The position numbers and the translations under genes are program-made. Shown here in pieces: positions 1 through 9,300 of a DNA stretch of 28,158 nt. Under the pieces are notes generated by a model. It did no database searches. It was not told where the DNA came from and was given only the letters and a program-made list of their open reading frames with translations. Source of the DNA: Thermoplasmata archaeon (GTDB lineage: Archaea; Thermoplasmatota; Thermoplasmata; GCA-020350865); NCBI GenBank assembly GCA_020348445.1, contig CP070751.1:3623160-3651317 (forward strand), in the 5' to 3' direction. Numbering within the stretch: the first letter of the stretch is position 1; each line of letters opens with the position of its first letter.

Positions 1-2
1 AG

Positions 3-395
3 GTAACCAAAGGAGATAGTGTGAGTTTCAATTTAAATATCAACAACAGCGGTAACACAGATGATGTGTATCAAGTGGATATTGCAAATAGGGATGAACT
101 TGGGGATAATGGAATCACGTTCGATGCAATCAACAAAATATCCATTTTAGAACAGAGTGCAGATGATATCGATTTGGAGGTTCACACATCGTCCAATACC
201 AATGAGAAAGTATATGATATTCAAATTATCGTATACTCCATTTTAGAGGATGAGCCTGAAGAAGTCGAATTTATATTGGCTTTGGAGGTAAAAGAAGATG
301 CATTCGATGTGAGAGATATCTTCAATCCTTTTTTTGTGATATTAATTCTGGTAGTCGTTATAGTTGGATTTGTTGTTTATATTAAAAGGAGGTAA
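3..395 (+). CDS. 3' part of a membrane-anchored surface protein (Ig-like/NEW3-CARDB-type domain plus C-terminal TM helix); 5'-truncated by the window
   Basis: The frame is open from base 3 (VTKGDSVSFNLNINNSGNTDDVY), so the track's GTG start at 21 is internal. It is acidic and beta-rich and ends in a hydrophobic helix FFVILILVVVIVGFVVYI followed by KRR-stop. Confidence 0.7.
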   Translation, partial: VTKGDSVSFNLNINNSGNTDDVYQVDIANRDELGDNGITFDAINKISILEQSADDIDLEVHTSSNTNEKVYDIQIIVYSILEDEPEEVEFILALEVKEDAFDVRDIFNPFFVILILVVVIVGFVVYIKRR

Positions 396-462
396 TTCAT
401 AATACATGTGGGCATTTTTGAGGATGTATGAGCTTTAAGGAACACGATATACCCGCGCAACC

Positions 463-469
463 TATATAA
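463..469 (+). promoter_or_regulatory. Probable TATA box for mobA (leaderless-type spacing)
   Basis: TATATAA ends 22 nt upstream of the ATG at 492, and there is no clear SD motif. Confidence 0.4.
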
Positions 470-491
470 TCCAAAACCCGTTTTCAGGTTC

Positions 492-1106
492 ATGAAATCT
501 ACTGTGGTGCTCGCAGGGGGAAGGAGCACACGATATGGTATTAACAAGGCCTTGGTTCAATTAAGAGGAAGGCCCCTTGTTATGTGGGTGGTTATGGCTC
601 TTTCGGAGGTTGTGGATGAGGTGATACTTTCTATATCTTCAGAACATGATCCAACTAAATTCAAAGAAGTAGTGGGAAGAAAAGTTGTAATTGTCAAGGA
701 TGTCCAATCTGATCTGGGTCCAGTGTCTGGGTTGATTCCTTCTTTTTCCGAGGCAAAAGGGGAATATGTTGCAGTTGCACCCTGTGATTCGCCATTTATC
801 AAACCAGAGCTATATTCCCTTCTTTTTGAGAGAGCCCAAGAACATGATGGTGCAGTACCCTTCATCAATAACTTCTGGGAGCCACTGCATGCAGTATACA
901 AAAGAAAAACCTATGTCCAGTCATTGAAAAATGCACAATCTCAAGGGAAGTTTCGGCCCGTAGATGCTTATGCAAATTTAAATATTCAAAAGGTAACTGA
1001 AGAAGAGGTGAGGAGCATTGACAAAGAGCTCTTTTCCTTTTTTAACATCAATTCAATTGAGGATCACAAAAAAGCCGAGAAAATAGCTGAGAGCTTAATA
1101 TACTAA
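492..1106 (+). CDS. mobA: Molybdenum cofactor guanylyltransferase
   Basis: N-terminal VVLAGGRSTRYG..KAL motif, GP..G, APCDSPF, EPLHAVY and FFNINS motifs; 204 aa, all typical of MobA. Confidence 0.9.
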   Translation: MKSTVVLAGGRSTRYGINKALVQLRGRPLVMWVVMALSEVVDEVILSISSEHDPTKFKEVVGRKVVIVKDVQSDLGPVSGLIPSFSEAKGEYVAVAPCDSPFIKPELYSLLFERAQEHDGAVPFINNFWEPLHAVYKRKTYVQSLKNAQSQGKFRPVDAYANLNIQKVTEEEVRSIDKELFSFFNINSIEDHKKAEKIAESLIY

Positions 1107-1159
1107 TTAAATAAATCCCAAAATATAATACACCATATTTCCAATACCCCCATGAGATC

Positions 1160-2284
1160 ATGGACAAGGTTTTTGTGGCAGGATGCGGGATGACGAGATT
1201 CGGAAAAAGGGATGAATCTCTGTCGGATCTGGTCTTTGAAGCGGCAAAAATGGCGCGGGAAGACTCAAAAATAGAGGAATTTGATGCTGTATATGTTGGT
1301 TCCATGAATCCAGATGAATTCACAGGTGACGGTAATATCTCAACTGTAATCACAGATCGTCTCGGAATGACAAAACCCTCTCTGAGAATCGAGACCGCAT
1401 CCTCCACCGGAGCAGGTGTCTTTCATGCAGCTTTTCTTAGTGTGGCCTCAGGACATTACGATAATGTGCTCGTAGTTGCCGGGGAAAAGATGACCCATCT
1501 TCCCACCCAAAAATCAACAACTATGATGGCAAAGGTAATATCACCCCTCGAAAGAATATACGGGGCTACGATGCCAGCTCTGGCCGCCCTTGTCACGAGA
1601 AGGTACATGCATGAATATGGTCTTGACCGGGAAACCCTTGGTCTTGTAGCAGTAAAGAACCATTACAACGGCTCCCTCAATAAATATGCACATTTTCAAA
1701 AAGAGGTGACCTTGGAAAAAGTGATTGAAAGCAAGATGGTATCTGACCCATTACGGCTCTATGACTGCGCGCCAATTTCAGACGGTGCCTGCGCCTGTAT
1801 CCTGACCTCAAAAGAAAAGGAAATCAGGATTTCTGGTTTGGGGCATGCAACAGATACCCTTTCCTTGGCACATCGGGATTCTTTAACAGGATTTTCAGCA
1901 ACACAGAATGCTGCAAAGAAGGCTTACGATATGGCCAAAACCGCACCAAAGGAAGTGGATGTGGCCGAGGTTCATGATGCATTTACATCATTCGAAATAA
2001 TAGACACTGAAGATCTTGGTTTCTTTAAAAAAGGTGGGGGAGGGCAGGCATTAAAGGATGGTATTACGAAATTGGAAGGGGATTTACCAATTAATCCCTC
2101 TGGAGGTCTTAAGGCAAGAGGGCATCCAGTGGGCGCCTCTGGCCTGGCCCAGATCATTGAAATCTACTGGCAGTTAAAAGGTGAAGCTCAAAAGAGGCAG
2201 GTTGATTCCGCCAAAATTGGCCTTGCCCAGAGTATCGGAGGTCTTGCAAATAACAATCTTGTAACAATTTTGGAGGCATGTTGA
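1160..2284 (+). CDS. Thiolase-fold protein, SCP2/archaeal type (HDAF, GHP), lacking the nucleophilic Cys
   Basis: Motifs GMTRFGK, GEKM, DCAPISDGA, EVHDAF, NPSGGLKARGHPVGASG and SIGG are present. The nucleophile loop reads ETASSTG instead of the usual E-x-A-C-A-S-G. Confidence 0.9.
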   Translation: MDKVFVAGCGMTRFGKRDESLSDLVFEAAKMAREDSKIEEFDAVYVGSMNPDEFTGDGNISTVITDRLGMTKPSLRIETASSTGAGVFHAAFLSVASGHYDNVLVVAGEKMTHLPTQKSTTMMAKVISPLERIYGATMPALAALVTRRYMHEYGLDRETLGLVAVKNHYNGSLNKYAHFQKEVTLEKVIESKMVSDPLRLYDCAPISDGACACILTSKEKEIRISGLGHATDTLSLAHRDSLTGFSATQNAAKKAYDMAKTAPKEVDVAEVHDAFTSFEIIDTEDLGFFKKGGGGQALKDGITKLEGDLPINPSGGLKARGHPVGASGLAQIIEIYWQLKGEAQKRQVDSAKIGLAQSIGGLANNNLVTILEAC

Positions 2285-2583
2285 TGATAAAAGGATCAGA
2301 ATGTCTATGCGGCAAGAAAGTGGTGCCCAAAAGGGATATCTGTCCAAAATGCGGAAAACACATGAGCGAGGCAGAGTTTCAAGATTTTGGAAGGGTCCTC
2401 ACCCTCACAATACTGCATGTTCCTCCTGAAGGGTACGAGGGGCCTATTATGTTCTGCATGGTCGCAATCGAGGGGGGGGCCAAATTGGTATGTGGATACG
2501 AGGGAGATAGAGATCTGGATATAGGAGAACATGTGAGGATTAAAAAGATAGATAATAAATATATTTGTGAGCCCTTGGTTTGA
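2284..2583 (+). CDS. DUF35/ChsH2-like Zn-ribbon plus OB-fold thiolase partner
   Basis: CLCG..P.RDICPKC ribbon followed by G.VLT.T..HVPPEG OB fold. It overlaps the thiolase stop (TGATG at 2282-2286); an alternative in-frame ATG lies at 2278. Confidence 0.88.
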   Translation: MIKGSECLCGKKVVPKRDICPKCGKHMSEAEFQDFGRVLTLTILHVPPEGYEGPIMFCMVAIEGGAKLVCGYEGDRDLDIGEHVRIKKIDNKYICEPLV

Positions 2584-2615
2584 GGATATGAGATTTTTAA
2601 AAAAGATAGAGTATA

Positions 2616-3206
2616 TCAGAAGAGCAAGGCCTCAGCAATGAAAAGAATTCCAATTACGATGAATAAAATCCCGGATCCGAATTCGATCCACTTGGTAGAT
2701 ACCTTCTCAGAGAGCTTTTTACCCAAAACAACTCCAATGCCCACAATCAACGCAAAAGCCAAAACTGCCCCGAGAAGCACCATAAATGGTGAACCGTACT
2801 GGGCCGTCAGTGCTATCACTGCAAACTGTGTTTTGTCGCCGAACTCTGCCAAAGAAATCATGATAAATGTGGTGGAGAATATGCTCTTGTCATCTATCTT
2901 TTTGGAGTCTTGGTCCTCAACCTCTTCCTCTTCCTCCTCTCTTTTTAGAAGTGTCCAGACACCAAAGATCAGGAATATCAATCCAGAAAGGATCTTCACT
3001 GCAATAATAGGTATGAACTCGAAGAGTATCGTGCCCAATACGACCCCCAATACAGTTATCATGCTCATGCCCAGAAAGACCCCGAAGAATACTGGGACAT
3101 GGGGATATTTTGAGGCAAAGGATATTGTGACCAACTGGGTCTTGTCCCCGAGCTCTGCTAAAAAAATTGCTACAAATGTTACCGTTAATGGTATAAACCA
3201 GTCCAT
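2616..3206 (-). CDS. TMEM165/GDT1 (UPF0016) family Ca2+/Mn2+ transporter
   Basis: Two signature motifs, ELGDKTQ and EFGDKTQ; about 6 TM helices with an acidic central loop. Start set at MDWFIPL (3206); the track's upstream start at 3257 is also possible. Confidence 0.92.
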   Translation of the reverse strand: MDWFIPLTVTFVAIFLAELGDKTQLVTISFASKYPHVPVFFGVFLGMSMITVLGVVLGTILFEFIPIIAVKILSGLIFLIFGVWTLLKREEEEEEVEDQDSKKIDDKSIFSTTFIMISLAEFGDKTQFAVIALTAQYGSPFMVLLGAVLAFALIVGIGVVLGKKLSEKVSTKWIEFGSGILFIVIGILFIAEALLF

Positions 3207-3317
3207 GATCTCAAGCATAGAAAAGAAAATACCCATAAATAACTTTTTATTAATCAATCCTTAATCTATCAGCTAAGCTGAACAATAAAGATAAAAGAAA
3301 AAAAGAGAAAGGAGTTA

Positions 3318-6300
3318 TTAATACTCCTCTTCTTCTGTGGGCGGTCTCTTAATTACCTTCTTTGGCACCACCACCGTTTTTCCCTCCTCCGGCGGCCTAA
3401 CCACCTTCTTAGGTACCACAGTGGGAGGTGCTTTCTTAACGACCTTCTTTGGCACCACCTCTGGTGGTCTCACAACCTTTTTAGGCGTTACAGTTGGTGG
3501 AGGTGCTTCCCTTTGCGCAGGCCTTGGCTCAACTCTCTTAGCAGGTATTTCAGGTGGAGGCGTTTCCGGCGGAAGCTCGATTTCTTCCTCCTCTTCCTCT
3601 TCCTTAAACACGGTACCACATTTAAAGCAGATGGCCGCGCTTTCTGGGTTGATTGTATTGCACGATTCGCAGTTCTTGGTCCTACCTTTTCGCAGTTCCT
3701 CTTCCCGTGCAAGCCATTCCTCGAATCCTACGTATTTTGGATTAACCTTCCACCACTCCATGAAGGACTCGTCAGTCATCCCTGCTCCGAGCTCTGCCTT
3801 TGCCTCTCTTCTGTACTGTTCTACATATTCTGCATATTGGAGCTTCATCCTCTCTATGTAGTCCTTCTTTTCCTTTTCTAAGCCAGCGAAAATCGCACCG
3901 CAATCTGGACATGACTTGGAGTCCACAGGAATCCAGGCACCGCACTCACTGCACTTGGCTGTATCTGTCTCGAACACGGCACCACACTTCGGGCAAGCCT
4001 TTTCGCCTTCAGGTATGAAAGCGCCACATTCACCGCACTCAACCAGTCTCCCGAGGCCGAATTTGGCCAGGCCAACACCAACAAGCAGTATAACTACAAC
4101 AGCTATTATGATTATCAGTAGGATCATCCACAATGGAATCGGGAATCCCGGTTCCTCCTCTACACTGAAACCACTGGATGCAGCCTGTTGGAAACCACCG
4201 TAGTTAACCCTGACCTCTATTATATATTCACCCTCCTTTTCGGGTGCCGATATTTTATCCTCGATAACTCCATTGAAGCCTATCGTACCTGATCGGGTGC
4301 TATAAACCTCTTGTGTGGCGGTATTGACAATAACTATGTCATATCCTATATCGGCCAGGGGATCACCAGTACCAGTAAAGGTCGCTAAGGCCCGAACATT
4401 GATGGTTTCTCCGGTATTGTACTTTGATTTGGGAAGAAGATCGAATAGCACTTGGAAGGGTGCATATGCCACGTTAATGGTTTCAAATAACAGGTTGTTG
4501 GTATCGTCGCTCTCTATTACAACCTGATATCTGTTTACCCAAACATAGATGTCCCTTGATCCCTCGGGATCATCCACCAACCATTGAATAGAGGCATTGG
4601 TCGACGATTTCGCTGGAAGCTCGATTGTTGCGTTGCCAAGTAACTCTGCACCGCTTTGCCTTGGGTCACCATCATAGAAGCTGACTTCCACAGCAGGGAT
4701 ATACACTTGACCTGAGTTGTACACTATCGTCTGGATTGTCAGAGTTGCGCCTATCTGCGGATCTGTCGTAAGTAGTTGCCCTGCTGCGTCCCACAACGTG
4801 ATGTTCGTTTCAAAACCAGCTTCTCTTATGACGTAAAGATCGGGTTTAGGATGAACATAGAAGTCCTTTGATGCGTGGTTATTGGTTAGGATCTGGTCAG
4901 TTATCGAATAACCGTCTATGGTTGTGGCATCGAATGCAAATACATAAATGAAATAACCACCCTCTTTTCCTGTTATATCCCAGGAAATAGAAGCTGGTTG
5001 AGAGTCCCCTGGTGTTATTGACGCCAAGTTATAAGAGCCTATTAACACTACATCCGAGGGCAATGAGGGATCAGGTTTACCATCGCCATCGGTGTCAGGA
5101 TTTCCATCGTAGGCGTATACAATGACCCCTTGTGCAAGGTTGGCACCCAAATTGCTTATGTAGGCCTCTATGGTGATGAATTGCCCTTCTGTTGCATTAT
5201 CGGTTTTGATGCCCGCTTCGGTCTCGAAGGAAATATCTGTGCTTGTCAGGGATAGATCGGGTGGAATAACGACCTTTATATCTGTAAATGCCTTGTTATC
5301 GTCTCCTTCATTTAGCTCGTATGTATCATTATATGGATCCACCACCACCCTTACCCACCTGTTATCGCCAGCATCGCTTTGCTGAGGTATCCAGGTTACG
5401 GTGGCATCGCCTGTGCCTCCATCTGCTGCAATGGTTGACGTGGTAACCTCGCCTATGAATTCCCCTGCATCCATGAAATTGTCCTTATCCAAATCGATGT
5501 AGAATCTCACAAGCGCACCTTCAGCTTCGGTTGTGCCCTCGTTTGTGATCGTTGCTGTGAGGGTGATCTGCTCGCCAACACCCACTGTTAATCTCGAAAT
5601 TCCACCCTTTTCAAACGATATATCAGTGGACTCAACAGAAAAGTCGGGAAGCAGAGACCATAGATATATTATAACTTCCTCGATATTATTCTCCTTATCT
5701 ATTCTGTAGCTGGTGAAGGAAACGCTTGAGTAGGCCCTAAGAACATCTCCCTTAAAAGGATATTCTGCAGATACATTGTAGTTGAGGGCGGTATCATTAC
5801 CGGTCGCGGTCTGAATATCAGTTAGTATTGCAAAGAGTGCCAGACCATTTGAGCCTGTGGTTTTTTCATCGATTACCGTGAAGGGGTGCAAAAGTTGCTT
5901 AACCACGACATCTGCACCTGCCTTGGGCCCTCCTGCGCCGTCTTTGACATAGGCCTTTAGCCATTTGTAAACGTTGAGAACAGCATCATCGCTTATCCGT
6001 GTCGATGGAGTGTAAACGTTTGTGAAGGTGGCAATGGACTTGCCTCCAAAGTTATGGAAGACCTGGGTAAGTGAGGAGTTGGTGGCAATCAAGCGAACGT
6101 CGGTTCCTGACGGGACCATTAAGAAACTGCCTATAGTGCTGTCGTTTATGTATATCGTGACCTTACCCAGCGCATAGATCTCGATCACATTGGAGCTTAT
6201 TATTGAATCTTCCACTATGAGAGTGGAGTTGTCATAAAGGTATATTCTCAGTAGTTCGCCACTGGTATCTATCACAGAGTTGTCTGCCAGTCTTATGGTA

Positions 6301-9300
6301 CCCCAATCTCTCGCTATTATGTTGAATTCATAATCTTTAGTCATAAGCACCCTGAAAGTGGTCTGTGTAATAATCAGTTCACCATTCTCTTCCACGAGGG
6401 TATAACCCATGTGCTCAAGGTCTCCGCCCGCTGTATCGATTCGATACGGTGAGTTGGTATTGTTAACATGTATATCTCTATCAGAATAGACGGCTATGAC
6501 CTCGTATGCCACATTGTTTGTCTCGTCTGCCTCGTCTATATCGCCATTTGCATCAGCCACGACATATATACTATGGGAACCTTTGGTTACTAATGGCCAA
6601 GACACGGTAACTGATTTAATCTCATCCTTATTAAGAGTCAAAGAGTCTGTATTAATCAGGCTTCCTACATTTGGTACACCGTCCCAGAAATAGACATCAA
6701 AATCTGTTTCAGTTATTGATCCACCGTCATTTAGAATCCAGGCTGTTATATAGATCGTGTCATCCTCGAATGGTGAATTGTCGCTGAACTCTATGTCCGT
6801 CACACTCAATATGGGTCTAAGTATTACCTCGAAAGTATCTTCGGCATAATTGTTCGATTCGTTGCCATCCTGATCGATGCTAACCTCCACAGAAATCGTA
6901 TGTATCTCGCTCTTTTCCCCATCAGGGGGTCTTGGTGTGGTCCAATAGATGCTCGCATCCTCACTAAGACCCTTATGAATGAGAGGTATTGTCTGGGTTC
7001 CAATCAGTGATGGTCCAACATAGAACTTCACCAGGACATTCTGAGCAGTTGTGCCACCATCGTTTCGAACCGTGGTTGAAATCATAACTTGTTTGTTGTC
7101 CGTTGTATTTTCTACCACTGATCCCTCAACTGAGACGGATGGTTTTGTTGGAATAACATCAGGTAATTCCAGTATAGTTATGGTATTGTTCGCGGAGTTG
7201 TTATTATCTTCTGTCTCCTTCACATCGTTTGCAGGGTCCACTACAACGAATATTCTATATTGACCAGGAGGTGTTGTACCATACCATTTGCAAGTGGACT
7301 CCTGCCATCCCCCAGGATTGACAGATGATACATTACCCCAGTCAATGAAGTTCTCTGGAGTCTCCGATTCTAGATAGTACATTACCACGATTTCGCCACC
7401 GGTACTATTGTATGCAAGTTGTTCGCCATAATTGCGGATGTAAGTATGAATTGTGACTACCTGGTTTTCTGCGGGTCCGTAAGGAGGATATGTGAACCAT
7501 ATATCGTCTGTTGTTATCACCAGATCAGCGAACTTGGCCTCGATATCAACTGAGATTTCATTATAGTTGTTGGATTCGTTGCTTTCTATTATCGCTAGAT
7601 ATGGATCGATGTACACTGTGATGAGGTGCAATCCAATATATTCGGGGATCCATACGAATTCTACAGTCACACTACCATCTGCAGGGATGGATTCGATGTA
7701 CTCATAATGCGGAAAGGCTGATTCCGCGGTGATATTGGTGTCGAATTTTACCCAAATATCGTATGCTGTGTTGGTTCCATTATTGAATATAGTTGCTTTT
7801 ACTTTCGTTGGATTGCCTATTGAAGATACTGGCGGCTCAACCCAGAGGGGCGGATCTAAATCAGGCATCACATCAGGGAATTTTAATGTCTGCACCTGGT
7901 TTGATTGTAAAAAGACATTGGCATTTTCTTCAGGAGAATATGTGGTAGGGGAGTAGAAGTAGGATGCGGTGATCATGTAGTTTCCGATATCCTTGACCAC
8001 ATTATCGCTGGTTATGTCCATGCCCCTCAACCAGAAGGAAATAGATCCATCAGAACCTGTGGTTTGAGTTTCCTGGTTCGTCCAAGGCAGGAATCGGTAC
8101 CACGTAACATCAGCACCGGGAATGCCCTTTTCATTGACATCCACGGTATATACAGTCAAATACCAATGGATATAGACCACAGCATTGTCGGACACGGTCA
8201 TATAACTCTCGCTGGCTGGATTGCCTGCTATGGTAACGCCCCAGAACTCGACATGGGTGTTTCCTCCTATGTGGGTCATGATCTTGCTGAACGAGGAATT
8301 GGTGACATTGATGTACGCGTTCGTGGAAGAGTCGTCTGCATAGAGTTCTCCTTGTATCGAGCTTTGATCTGTTATGTAAATCTTTGAGTTGTCCATGGCG
8401 ATAATGTCTATTGAGCTTGATATGGTGGAGCTGTCTATGTAAAGAGTGGCATGATCGTATAGATATATGTTCAGATGCGGCCCGTCCGTGGTCAACAGGG
8501 CTCCATCTTCGAGTCTCAAGGTTCCCCAATCTTTTACCACGATATTGTATTCATCGTCGTATCCTTGATCAATTACACTGAATATGCAACCTCTGATTAT
8601 CAAATCACCGCTTTCCTCGACCAAGGTGAAGCCGTCATTTGCAAATGGATTTTGGGCATCATACGGTAGATCGATTAACACGGTTCCATTAGTCGGGGAA
8701 AATGGGGGATAGTCCGTGGCATCGTTCACGATAAGATCAGAAGGAACTTTATATATTATCATGGTCGCGTATGCCTTATTGGTTGTATCTTCTTCGGTCT
8801 CGTCTATGGTGTTGTTGGAGTCCACAATAACCCAAATCTTGTGGATTCCGGGTGGTGATACCTGATTCCAGGTAAATTGCTCCGTAGTCGATCCACCATT
8901 TGCAGCGATGATGGAACCTGTTACATTTAACTCGGTGAGTTTGGTCCCTGTAGAGGCATCATCCAATCTGATTTGCACATGGAAATATTCTGAAGCAAGT
9001 ATGGGTGAGGCTCCATCATTCCATATTGTTATGTATATTGTCACTTGCGTTCCATTCATAGGATAGGCAGGATCAAGCACAATATCTTTGGATTCCACCA
9101 CGAGATTGGCCCTTGGATCCACAATGTAAACAGTTGAATTCATATTGTTGTTATCGTTGCCCTCGGTAATTAGGTTATCTGGATCCACCTTGACATAGAA
9201 GGTATGGCTCGCGGGCGGGTAGGTCGCTGTCCAAGTGAAGGATACCTCCGCGCTGCCTCCAGCTTCAATGGACACTCCCTTTGCACCCCTGGGTATTGTA

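Noticed and set aside
557-2532. Minus-strand ORFs 557-901, 1048-1407, 1972-2157, 2154-2363 and 2305-2532
   Set aside because: Antisense shadows of mobA, the thiolase and DUF35, with no motifs.
2638-3264. 208-aa plus-strand ORF
   Set aside because: Antisense mirror of the GDT1 gene, which carries both family signatures.
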